Assembly (NCBI GenBank): GCA_002633005.1
Contig: NMRA01000534.1
Coordinates: 62,001 to 126,000 of the forward strand
DNA: 64,000 nucleotides
Reading direction: 5' to 3'
DNA from: Phoronis australis
Lineage: Eukaryota; Animalia; Phoronida
Shown: piece by piece, positions 27,201-38,100 of the stretch
How positions within the stretch are numbered: the first letter of the stretch is position 1
Layout: each line of letters opens with the position of its first letter
The notes under the pieces: generated by a model
Seen by the model: only the letters and a program-made list of their open reading frames with translations
Databases searched by the model: none
Told to the model about the DNA's origin: nothing
Made by a program: the position numbers and the translations under genes

Positions 27201-28096
27201 GGTAGAGTGAATCAAGTGCAGGCATTTTTTGAAAATTTTAACGAACATTGTTCAAAACCGCTTAATAACTACTGTGGGCCGTGCCATGGTAAAATCTTAC
27301 CAGTAGGAGTCTTGACATGGGTCTTTGTCTATATATAGCACCAACTTGATGCTTAACATTTTTCATGTTATGTTCAGTAACTTCCAGTGTACACTGTGTG
27401 CATTCACATCAATGTCAAAAGACTTTCAAAAAATGAAAATGGACTATTTTGACAATATTTCTTGTTCGTGACATTTCACCCTCTGCACTCCATGAGCAAG
27501 CAGCACGTGTATCATCGTCTGCCAGTCTCCATCTCTCATCTCACTGTGGTGCTGACACTGTTAACACATGACTTGTGCTGTTCCAGAGAGTGGTATTGGA
27601 ACGGACTTACCAGAGGAATCGCCAGAAACTACCTCCAACAGTCAGAGAACTGTTGTGCGCAGTGATAGCGGGACCTCTGTGTTCTCAAACTCGTACACAG
27701 GTGGCGGATTCGTTGCCACTACGACATGTATTCCAGGACGTCCACTAGTTACTGATGTGAGTTTTGCTTCATGGATTGTTTGTAATGATTCCAGCATTTC
27801 TATTTGCTATGAACTTCTCTTGTAAACTTGAAAAACTGAATTTCAATGTGATCGCAAAAGCAATATCACCTGTCTCCTCGAACATGCAAATTATTCAGTC
27901 AGCTTAGACAACACTCAATACTTTGGATTCTCTGTGCTGAATGTAAATCCAAAGTGTAAAATGATAAAATACTGTTACTGGTTTATTTCTATTGAGTTAT
28001 CAGAATTTTATTTTTGTATGTACACAGACAATAAAGTAATTTTGCTTAAAGGAAAACTTTGTATTGAATGTTGGCGTTTTCGCATTACAGGTGTAA
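89..28096 (+). CDS. PLEKHG4: Puratrophin-1/PLEKHG4-family RhoGEF (spectrin-like, DH, PH), 5'-partial; join(89..211,12810..12995,15842..16794,17423..17581,18414..18663,19337..19426,19828..20049,22000..22170,22732..22912,24102..24221,26205..26411,27587..27756,28091..28096)
   Basis: All junctions GT-AG with consistent phases; 2838 nt open. DH motifs EMIQTERDYVRSL, IFGNIQKIYEFH, SYLLKPVQRMGKY, RHGNDLLAMD; PH NLNEQGRLLRQDEF...FEIWFR; post-PH EMASMGIGNKPCLD, recognised as PLEKHG4/PLEKHG4B/ARHGEF40 type. Exact paralog name uncertain. Confidence 0.85.
984..1130. repeat. Degenerate ~42-bp tandem repeat (3+ copies)
   Basis: aaaatgcat....aat.tgttgaaatctca..aattc recurs. Confidence 0.7.
1427..1676. repeat. 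Inverted repeat pair, probable degenerate MITE
   Basis: catgtttcagtga (1427-1439) and tcactgaaacatg (1664-1676), perfect 13-bp inverted match. Confidence 0.45.
2059..2205 (+). promoter_or_regulatory. Promoter-like motif cluster inside RhoGEF intron
   Basis: CCAAT 2059, GC box CCGCCC 2072, GTCACGTGAC 2089, AAAATGGTGGC 2150, donor AG|GTGAGT 2173, CTGATTGG about 2194. Confidence 0.35.
10805..11317. mobile_element. Kolobok-like MITE copy (opposite orientation to 26458 copy)
   Basis: Shares aacatcatatctcagaaa..ctgatc.gat...tgaaactttcag core and a cctacataacc end. Confidence 0.7.
12810..12995 (+). CDS. PLEKHG4: RhoGEF exon (TQVAKGNDLV...YSLLDK)
   Basis: ttttttcag|, |gtaggt, phase 0-0, helical spectrin-like sequence. 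Confidence 0.85.
14834..14987. repeat. 77-bp tandem duplication
   Basis: 14834-14910 and 14911-14987, 2 mismatches. Confidence 0.9.
15842..16794 (+). CDS. PLEKHG4: RhoGEF large exon (SYEWALEAMKY...; Ser-rich linker)
   Basis: Within 322-aa ORF; tttcag|, |gtaagt, phase 0-2. Confidence 0.88.
17081..17401. repeat. 65-bp repeat, 2+2 copies
   Basis: gctccctctaagtacgc.tccactatgag.ctccttca starting at 17081, 17146, 17295, 17360. Confidence 0.8.
17423..17581 (+). CDS. PLEKHG4: RhoGEF exon (LPEEDEAEG...QVKSRR)
   Basis: tttacag|, |gtgagt, phase 2-2, open frame. Confidence 0.8.
17747..17822. repeat. 13-bp minisatellite (~6 copies)
   Basis: (g/a)tagttt(a/g)c.gtc repeated. Confidence 0.8.
18414..18663 (+). 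CDS. PLEKHG4: RhoGEF DH-domain exon 1
   Basis: IMREMIQTERDYVRSL...IFGNIQKIYEFH; phase 2-0. Confidence 0.92.
19337..19426 (+). CDS. PLEKHG4: RhoGEF DH-domain exon 2
   Basis: EQEFYLYALYNKNKPKSDALMQEFGTKFFR; phase 0-0. Confidence 0.9.
19828..20049 (+). CDS. PLEKHG4: RhoGEF DH-domain exon 3
   Basis: QKQLELGDKMDLASYLLKPVQRMGKY...RHGNDLLAMD; phase 0-0. Confidence 0.92.
20207..20560. mobile_element. 354-bp MITE with 13-bp TIRs and 6-bp TSD
   Basis: CAAGGCTTGGAAT ... ATTCCAAGCCCTG (12/13); ATTTAA at 20201-20206 and 20561-20566; CpG-rich interior. Confidence 0.8.
22000..22170 (+). CDS. PLEKHG4: RhoGEF PH-domain exon 1
   Basis: VNLNEQGRLLRQDEF...RHIFLFEE...YIYKSSLK; phase 0-0. Confidence 0.92.
22732..22912 (+). 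CDS. PLEKHG4: RhoGEF PH-domain exon 2
   Basis: TTDLGLTE...KFEIWFRK...YILQA...WTREISRLLWKQA; phase 0-1. Confidence 0.9.
24102..24221 (+). CDS. PLEKHG4: RhoGEF post-PH exon
   Basis: TRLTEMASMGIGNKPCLDLK; phase 1-1. Confidence 0.88.
26205..26411 (+). CDS. PLEKHG4: RhoGEF C-terminal exon (ARTRNSIAVSSFDH...RPHSIIS)
   Basis: tttccag|, |gtaagc, phase 1-1. Confidence 0.85.
26458..26958. mobile_element. Non-autonomous TIR element (Kolobok-like MITE), best-preserved copy
   Basis: TTAA|GGTTATGAAGGACCC ... GGGTCCTACATAGCC|TTAA; 13/15 TIR match; TTAA on both sides; GG..CC termini. Confidence 0.8.
27587..27756 (+). CDS. PLEKHG4: RhoGEF penultimate coding exon (ESGIGTD...PLVTD)
   Basis: ttccag|, |gtgagt, phase 1-0. 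Confidence 0.78.
28091..28096 (+). CDS. PLEKHG4: RhoGEF last coding exon: GTG TAA (Val-stop)
   Basis: cgttttcgcattacag|GTGTAA; phase 0; yields C-terminal TDV; followed by AT-rich UTR with AATAAA at 28370, 28476, 28768. Confidence 0.65.
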   Translation: M

Positions 28097-29044
28097 CTCG
28101 TGACCGACAACAGTGTTATGGACCAGATCTGACGTATGCCATTCGCCCATTGGTGGAGAGTTTCCGTCTATGCTCTCTACCTTTCGACCATTAGCAGTAC
28201 CACTTGTTTGAGGGACTTGTGTCAAGTTTTATGAAGATAATTCTCGTTACTTATATGTGCTGTGGAGGTGTGACCGTGGTTAGGCATTAGTGAAGGACAA
28301 TTGACCTTCCATGAACTAGTGACTCATGTTGAACATCGGTTTAAAATGACTACTGCCTGCTTGAAAGAAAATAAAACTATGTCTCTAAAAGATCAGAGTT
28401 AAAGTACGTCCCTTTAAGATACGAGATAAATTACCAGTCAATTATGTTTTGCAAAGTACTATGTAATTCTCTCTTAATAAATAGTAAATTGTTAGTACCT
28501 CAAATTACTTTAAATAGTGACAAAACTACACTGGAACCAATGGTGCCAAATATTAAAACAGTGCATTTGCAATTGAAGTAATATAAGTTATAGTTTATTG
28601 CGTAGAAATAATGGTTTAATAGGTTAAGTAAAGTTAAACCTGTTCCTTCATAAGATAGCGAGTAAAACATAAAAATATTGCATTTATTTTATTGTAAATT
28701 TTTAGTACAATATTTAAGGAAAATTTTTGTTACTCATTTACTCAGTATTATTACATACCATATATTTAATAAACAAAGTTAAGCAAATCGACTAGTTCAT
28801 TTTACAACAATCATTCAGTTAGTTAGATTGACAAGTTAGCAAAGTATCCATACACTTCATATTAATAACAGTAGCGTATTTACTGAACAGCAACATCTTT
28901 GAGAGACCAGAGATGTTCCCATTGCACTTCAATACTTATAGCACAATTGTCTGTAGAAACTGCATTAAACTTTGCCCCTGCCAACTAATGAACCCTGCCC
29001 AGCCTCACTGTCCTGCACATCACACAAAGTATACAAGCTGTATG

Positions 29045-29194
29045 CTAAAGCTTGGACATAGATTTCTTGTACTCCATCCTGGCAATTGACCGCAGATGAA
29101 CCTCGTCAGGCCCGTCAGCCATACGCAAGACGCGAGCCCATGCGTACAATGCAGACAGAGGAACGTCGTGGTGGAAACCAGCTCCACCAAATGC
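29045..29194 (-). CDS. ACAD10: ACAD10 last exon (ends SKL*)
   Basis: AFGGAG...[26 protein letters not shown]; TAG at 29047-29045. Confidence 0.93.
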   Translation of the reverse strand, partial: AFGGAGFHHDVPLSALYAWARVLRMADGPDEVHLRSIARMEYKKSMSKL

Positions 29195-32100
29195 CTAAAG
29201 GGGAAAAGTTAAGAGTGAATAAATGATGTATACTGCTGACATTCTGCGAGTTTATGCATTTTAAACCAAACCAATGTTCCAGCAGCGTATTTCACATAAT
29301 CCTGATTAATGAGAAACAAATGAGATATCGCCATGAACTACTAGCGAAACACTTGACCACATTACTTTTTGTTGAAACAACGGAGCACAGCCCATATACA
29401 GCTGACATTCTTTGACTGTTTTAGTTTTTAGTCATTGACTCCTTCATAAGTGTGGGTAATGAAAGTAGCAAATGGTTATGCAAGCGACATTGGTAAAAAA
29501 ATTGGTAAAACTGACTTGCAAAAGGTGATGACCTCGTGCAACATTATAGTGGATGATCCATGATAACCACTCGTACAAATGTCTATGCACTCACCTGTAT
29601 TGCTCTATCAATCACTTTACATGCCATATTGGGAACACTAACTTTTATCATAGCTATCTCGGGTGCAGCAACCTGCAAGAAGACATTTAATAGTTAATGG
29701 TTAGTTTCTAGCACACAAGAATGAGCCGATTAAAGGGTAATAGTCATTTCCATGATAGCAAGTAGCAGCATAAAGAAAACAACAGTGGTTTTAAGTGGAC
29801 TTGACATGTTTTGGTGTCATTGTTATCAGCAGTGCTCTTTCAATGACTTTGCAATAATAGACCAGGCAGTAACAACAAAGGAGCTTAAAATTCGTGAGGC
29901 GCTACACATCAGTTGGTACAAGCCCAATCTCAATAGGCAACTGGCACACCACAGGTTTTCATTGTTGGTCTAGTTCATTGTCACTCCCTGTAACTGACTG
30001 TATCTGTGCTTCATTACTTGTTGCTGGGCCTAGCTAGGTGGCCACTGCATTCTCTCTTTTGATGATGGTGTTTGAATAAATGACACCGTCGACTTAAAAC
30101 CAGATTGTTGTTTTCTTTAGTAATAGTTATTTACAGGCGTCCTGCATTTTGAAAACCAGTTTCCTCCACAGGAAAATGGGCATCAAACTGGTTCCCTAAG
30201 TGACTATTACCAATTAAAGAAGTAAGAAAGGTGTGTCAATTTCCAATACTGTTTATCCGTTTGAAATTTCAAAAGGTTTTCCTGAATAAAACCCGGAATT
30301 GTGTGGTTTTCCCTGACTTATTTTTCGCACAAGAATGGAAGTAAGTAAGCATCAAAACAGCATTTACAACTTGCCCCACTGCCCATGTCATATCACAAGC
30401 CTGTTGCCTATCGATGTATAACCAGAAATGTTCAATAAGGGGGCCAAGGTAAATTAAAAAAGCATTGCGACCATTGAGGTTGGATTTTTGCAATAAAAGG
30501 GGGCATTGTGTCCTTGGGTTACCTTGTCAACACCAGTGCCAATAGTCTGACCTTATTTCCCACAGTGTCCATCATGTGAGCAGCCTTCAGTACCAGCAGA
30601 CGACTCTGTTCAATTTCAATTCTGGAGTTGGCTACATCTTGCTGTATGGTGGCGTATCGCGCCAGAGGCTTGCCAAACGCTTCACGTTTCTTAGTCTACA
30701 AACACAGATAAGTTACGGTGAATTGAACAATTCAGAAAAAAACAAAGTAGGACAAATCACGAAAACCCGGCCATACAGTAAAACTTGGGTTAGTTGGACA
30801 TGCACAATTTTCGCTTAACTGGGTTCGATGGTGTGGTTGTTCTAGTTCATGTATTCAGCCCTTCAGACAAGGTCAGATAAAATCTCAGGCCAGTTGGATC
30901 TGACTTAATATGCAAGTTTCGCTGTGTTTCAAGTGTATAGTTCACATGTCGGATTCCCGTCTTGAACACAAGTGGAAATGCTCGTCATGACGGTTGAGAG
31001 CAAACAGAATTCACCATCACAGTAGACTGACAGGTCATTCACCATCATGAGAGGGAAACGATACTTAGTCTGTTTACTTTTGGCACATACTCTATAATGA
31101 GTAACAGACGTACCTGCAAACGCGTAATATTTTATTTTTTGTTCTGTACAGTAGATATTTGACAAAACATTAATCTGGCTTGCAAGCCATCATAGTAGAC
31201 TGCAGTAAATGAAGTCATTAATGAGCAACCCACTCTGTATGGCTAATCTCAGACTCATTTCAAAGCAGTATAGCAATCACATTCCAAATGTCACACCTTG
31301 CTTATACTGGGCGAAGCAAATGTAACATAAACACACAGCTCACTGTCTCGTACTATGACAGCGTACAAACAACAGTGCAGTAAAATCTCTTCAATTTCAG
31401 ACAAACTGCCCATTCTTCATTTTTCCTTCTCGTATCGTGAATGTTCACAATTTCTCAAATTTATAGTGTCCGATGGTAGCTAAGGTACAGAACTTGAAAA
31501 TAATAAGGCTTTGGTTCGCTGGTACCTTGCTTATCTTTTATTAAAAAATAAGTAAAATTTCACTTTTCCGCCATATTGTGTCGTAAACAGATGCGATTTT
31601 ACCATACTATTCTGCTGATCTGTGCACAATTTGAAACTAGACAAAGGTCACCATTACAAGTTAGACGCAGCATAGACACTTTGTCTCACCATTTTTAAGG
31701 CTTATAAACAAAACTAGTTACATTCTTAAAAAACAGCTCCAAAAGAACAGTGACCAAGATACATGACATTACATCTGTGCCCTCAACCTACCCTGTCAAC
31801 CATCAACTCAAGCGCTCTCTCCGCATTACCAATCAGTCTCATACAATGATGGATGCGGCCTGGCCCCAAACGACCTTGAGCTATTTCAAACCCACGACCT
31901 TCACCCAACAGCATATTCTCTAACGGAACACGGACATTCTCGAACAGAACCTCAGCATGTCCGTCTGGAAATAATTGTAACTGCTTTAAGACTAGGTCTT
32001 CATGTTTTGTCAAAACAAATGTTGGAAAACCATGGTTAACATTTTTTTAAATGGTAAACAAATATTACCTTTTTTAACATGACAACAAATTGTATTTGTT

Positions 32101-35100
32101 CCTCGTACAAAACCTAAGTGGCCCTCAAAAATTTTCTAGCTACTATGTTTTGAGTTGATATTTAGTAAATATTTTCAATGACTTACAATAAACACTGAAA
32201 GTTGTCAGCAAAATACCATTTCCCATAATGACAGATGATGACTCGTCACATTCTGTCATGACAGGTCATTCAAAGTACTTTAATTGTGAATTGTGTTTTG
32301 TACTCAGCCGTGATCACAGGGATTTCTGCTTGCAATCAGCTGACTTCACGAGGGATTCCCAGCCATTTTGTCTAATTATTTTATAAATACATAGCAAAGA
32401 TTCTAATGCCCATATGAAAATTTTCTCCAAGCATTCTAAAGCTCTTGAACAAATGAAAGCTTCCACAAATTATCCATGTTCTACTACAAGCACATACAAA
32501 ACGAGCTAACAAAGAAAAACACACCAGCACAAATATCAAAGAACTGTTTTAACTAGTCCTCAACTTACGTGGTGCATCTTCTGAGCCAAACACACTCAAC
32601 GGTCGCAGTATCTTAACCCCAGGGGCATCCATCGGCACCAGGATCATACTCTGCTGTTTGTGGATGGGGGCGCTAGTGTCAGTCTTGCCCATAAAAATAC
32701 ACACTTTGCACCGTGGATCCATGGCACCTGACAAAAATAAGATTGATAAAAACTGCATTACCAAGTACAAAGACATCACTGTTGCTAAAATGTAGAATTT
32801 TTGTAAATTGTCACTCACTGGCATCTATATGATGCCAAGAGCATATGGTAGCTAGCCTCGATTCCTAAAGCATACCTTTTGTTCACTCGCGAGAATGGCA
32901 ATGATTATTAACGATCCTTAAACCGTGTACAAATATTTCCACAAATAAAAGAAGGGGCCATTTCTGGTCACATGATTTATTTGTTCATGATTGCGCAAAA
33001 GATGTTGTAACATTTCTAATTACGTTGGACAATGGTAGTAGTCGGCTTCTGATTTGTCTGCTGATCCTGCACATTGCCTCAAGTACTTAGAAAAGTCAGT
33101 GGAATTATTTGGAACGAAAGTTAAAGAACACCTTGTAGTACTTTAGACCCAACCAACAGTAACTTCTTACCTGAGGTCCACCATTTGTGTCCATTGATAA
33201 CATAACTGTCGCCATCCCGCACAATGGACGATTCAATGTTAGTGGCATCTGATGAAGCAACCTGTTATGACACAATAACAGGTCAACAAAAAAGCTAAAA
33301 CATCAGATTACACATTAAACCACCATAAACCATGCTTCTGTATCAAAAATAAATTTCATTACAGACACCTTGTTTTCATTCTATGTTTAAATAGAAACTG
33401 GTTTCAATGAAATTTTAGCAAGTTTCGACGTTGTCAAGTTCATTTTGAAAACTACTGTTGGTACTTCTGATAAAAAATTCTGTGTCCCAAAATACCTGCA
33501 GGGTCACTCAAAAAACGAATCCATACACTTTTATTAAGTACATAAATCCATTTATTTTCTTCAAATGTGGACAATCTTTCCACAAGTTTTAACCATATGA
33601 GTCAGTTTGCACTGATTTTTTGCTATTTTCAACAGAATTAGAACTTTCCCAAACTGTAGGCCAATAAGACAAATTAGTCACCACATGGACAAAACCAATT
33701 GTGAATCAAAGGGTAGTAATAACTTAGCCACAACTAATTGGTAATAACTGTCGTGACATGAAATATCAGCCTTTGTATATGTACCACTTCAATGATCAAT
33801 GAATTGGATAAAAACATTAAACAAACAGTGACCTGGCATGTGGTTGGTGTTTCTTAGGTTACCATTCACACTTTCGTCTTCAGACTCACCGCTGGCTCTG
33901 TCATCCCAAAGCATGACCTTATCTTCCCATCCAGCAATGGACTCAACCATTTTTCTTGCTGTTCTGGAGTTCCATATTTAACAAGCACTTCCATATTTCC
34001 AGTGTCTGGTGCACTGCAGTTGAATATCTGTGACACATCATGTATTTGGTTTATTTATAGTGACAACAGTGAGAATAGGCTATGTGTTACAAAGCTTCCT
34101 GTATCTTAAATCGTTTTCTAAAGCCTAGTTTACTGTACGCAGGTTTTTGGGGTTGTCATTTAACTACCTACAGCTGCGAATTAGAACCACCTATGATTCG
34201 CTGTTCATTTGTTGGCTATTCTATATTGATGAGGGACGTCCACATGTTTCTCATTAAAAATGAATGACACGGTGATAATGTTATTTGTAAAAGTTTGGAG
34301 CAGCTAGACATTCAGCCAATAAGCAACTTTCGATGACTTGAACAAAGGAACAAAGGCAGCCTTTAGATTTGAAAAAAATAAGAACACAATTAGCTTTAAA
34401 AACTTGTCACGAAACCAAACTCAACTGAATACCTTTATGCTCCGGTAGCAACTCTAACTACACTTCAAAAAAAAATAAAGTTTTGGTTAATGAAATTTAT
34501 TTTAACATGACTTTGAGCTTAGTTGTGTGTTCTATGTCGTCTCACAAAATAAACAATAACAATATACAAAATGGTCAAACTGGAAAATGGTCACCAAAGT
34601 AGTTCTGGTAGTATAAAACTGATGATTTATAACACAAGGCACACAAACCTAACTCTAATAACACCTCCCCATGACAATGAAAATAAAAGTTATTTTAATA
34701 CAGAGTCAACATGAATGCAGATAGATTAACACTATGCACCTCTGATGATATCGGACATCGCCCCATCTCTTCACACATCATTGCGTACTCTACGTTGGTC
34801 AGACCAGCGCCAAACTTGCATCCTGGGTCTGACTCAAGTGGTAGGAACAGATTCCACAGACCTTCGGACTTAGCTTTGGCCTATGAAAGGAAGCAGATAA
34901 GATGTTTCAGATTAAAAAAAAAAATTGTACTTTGCATACTAATCCTCGGTTCAATGTTAAAATGAAAAGTCGTAGAAATGAAGTACGGACGACTTCGTCA
35001 ATATGAAATTTGTATTAGCATACCTTTTGGGCTGTACTACCCTGCTTCAATATCACACATAATATCACGTCATCACTTGGGCTGTACTACCCTGCTTCAA

Positions 35101-38100
35101 TATCACACATAATATCACCTCATCACTTGGGCTGTACTACCCTGCTTCAATATCACACATAATATCACCTCATCACTTGGGCTGTACTACCCTGCTTCAA
35201 TATCACACATAATATCACCTCATCACTTGGGCTGTACTACCCTGCTTCAATATCACACATAATATCACCTTATCACTTGAGCGCATAAGCCGTTTAAAAA
35301 TTATAGTACACACTGTATCTTTAATTCATAAAGCCTGTACAGCTGGATACATTGACACTGTTCATCTGACGATAGGTGAGAACACATAACAGAATGAGAC
35401 TGCCTACTAGAAAAACTACAAACTTCATAATGAGCTTATGTAAGGACAGCATTAACAGAGAGATTGTGACACACTACAGCTAGTGTTAGGTAGTGTGATG
35501 GCTCCAGTGGCAACTAGAGAAAATGAGTTTTTTAGGACAGATATATCCATTAAAAAACGTAATTTTCAAATGCTAGGTAATTAAAAAACCTTGGCCATGA
35601 TATCAACAAGAATCATTTACATACAAATACATCATCTCTTCTTATTAAAATGTGTCACATCATTTTGAGATAGAATGGCAGAACAAAAAATATGGTGATG
35701 TTTTAAAAAAATTTCTGTGAAAATGTTAAAGGAAATCGTCTACAGGACGAGAAAAATACAAGATTTTTGTAAAGACTCTTTCCTAAAGAGGAGGGAATCT
35801 GCCAAAAGTGTTAGTTATGTATGCTTATGAGAACGTCAATAAGTAAAGAAAATATCCAACTCAGTTTCATCTCACCTTGAGAGTTTCAACTACAGGCATT
35901 ATAGTCCACTTGCGGTCACTACTGGAGTGCTGGATAAAGTCCTGTTCTAAGGGCAAGATGTGCTCGTTGATGAACGCCTTAACCCTGGCATGCAGCTCCT
36001 GGGCCCGGGGATTCAGGTCAGTCACGCTGGTGGGCAGCAATGCTGGAAAGGCAGGGGTATGTCACTAGGGTCAGAGGGACCAACACGTGCTACTTTAGGG
36101 AGCATGCTTCTAACAAAGTGTAAATTTTGACAGACAAGGAAGCAACAACTTTTTGGTACCCTTCTCAAACTTTACCATTCAAGTTCCTTTTCACATTGAT
36201 GTGGAAGCCAGTCTGACACATGCATGCCAGCGATTATAGAAATCAACAGCTGTTTGAAAATATTTTGAGTGTACCCACGTTTTACACCTTTTCACAATAT
36301 TTTGTATTTCCATATAAGTTCAGTAATCGGGTCAAGCCACTTGCACTGTCAGCTGTACCCAAGCCCTTAAATTAATTCTTTTCAAATCTCAGTATGCACA
36401 AAATGAGACCAGTTTTACAGTGATAAGTAATTTAAAGGTGCATTTAAAAATCGAATCAGGCCTTTTATTGTCATAAAATTGGTCTCATAACATTCCATAC
36501 CATGGCAGGATTCTATTTACATTACCAACCTCAAAAAATCTCTGAAGCATTGATGGTTTTGATGTTATTCTTTGTAACAGAAACAGAATCCTATCAAAGT
36601 AAGGAATACTATAAGACCAATTTTATGAGAGTAAAAGGCCAATTCGATTTTCATTAAACAGGCCGAAACACAGCTTTAAATCAAAAGTTGTCTTTGCTGT
36701 CGCCTTACTGTTCGCTGGCTGTGAATTTGTTGACATTGCAGCTGTGTTGTTCTTCGACACAGTTGAGTAGTGTCTACTTCCAATATCTGTGTTTCCTGTT
36801 GCCTGTGTTGTGCTTGTATTTCCTGTTGCCTGTGCCCTTTCTGCCTCCCACTGTGATGCGATGTCCCAGCCCAGCTGTGCAGTGAATTCAGCAGCCTTGC
36901 CTACAGACTCAGCTGTTGATGAGCTCGCCTGACCTGTGAACATCACATACATGTATATTATGAAATTTACATGTGTACACTGTTCTTTGCAGTTAACATT
37001 CAAGATTTCCAAAACGAAAAAACAAGCAACATCAAAATGTCACCAGATCAAAATCAAGCACGATATTGAAATATATTGCATCTTGACCCTTAGCTTTAAC
37101 TCAGTTTCAGTTTACTTTATACATTAAATTATTACCAGTAATCAACACACTGTACTGTGTGATGTCATCAGACTGTCCATTGTGTAAATAACCTGTAGTA
37201 ACATGATGTAGTATGATGTCATAGGACAAACTTGGTGGCTACTGTAACCATTCAGTCTGATCCTTAAGTGTATTTACATACAAGGAGATCCTAAGTATTT
37301 TCGAAATGGCATGTGACTTTTTAAATTTTGTTCTCACTAATTAACATTTCTTCTCTAAATAAAATGTCACATAACCGCATCACGAAATCCTGTCCTTTGG
37401 TTCAACTCCAGATGACTGTGGTTTCTAAATGGAGGTTAAATCCAGATATCGATACAGTTCATTGATAAGCATTCCCGCGGTCTTTTGTCCGGCATCATGA
37501 TTTGCAGGCCAACTATCTTCCACGGTTCAAAGAGTTACTAAAACCATTCATCAATGCGTACCCGAGAACTGAAATCCAACACACCTATTTTGGCTAAATT
37601 TTATTTTTATTTTTATTTTTATTTCAGAAGCCTAACAGTTAAAAAATCACCAAGATGTATTAGTTTACGTTTAGTGTTTTGTTGCCACGAAGCCATTGCT
37701 AATGCGGTTATTGATGTGTTGTCAACAATAGGACTTTTGATCACATTCTGATAAATAAATAGACCTCTTGACGAGAGTGAGACTTGTACAAAGGTATTGA
37801 TGAGGTACAAAGTGTTGTGAAACAGGCCGAGTTTTCTAATATTTAAATCTACTGATCCTGAGTTACAATGTAACTGAGTAGTTGACACTAGCTCCCCATT
37901 CCAGGCCAAAATTCCCAACAATGCCTCTGAAACTTTCAGGCACTGCATGACCAGTAATTAAAAATCCCCAGAAAAAGAAATGCACCAGGGTTATGCACTG
38001 ACACTAAGATGCAGTAAAGCTAACACACAATGTTCCCGAAGAGCCAACAATCTGGAGCTAACTTGTACTGTCCTCATAGACGCAATGCACCGAGGCTAAG

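Noticed and set aside
35027-35279. Regular 50-bp repeats resembling a CRISPR array
   Set aside because: Units are contiguous and near-identical with no unique spacers; eukaryotic intron; no cas genes
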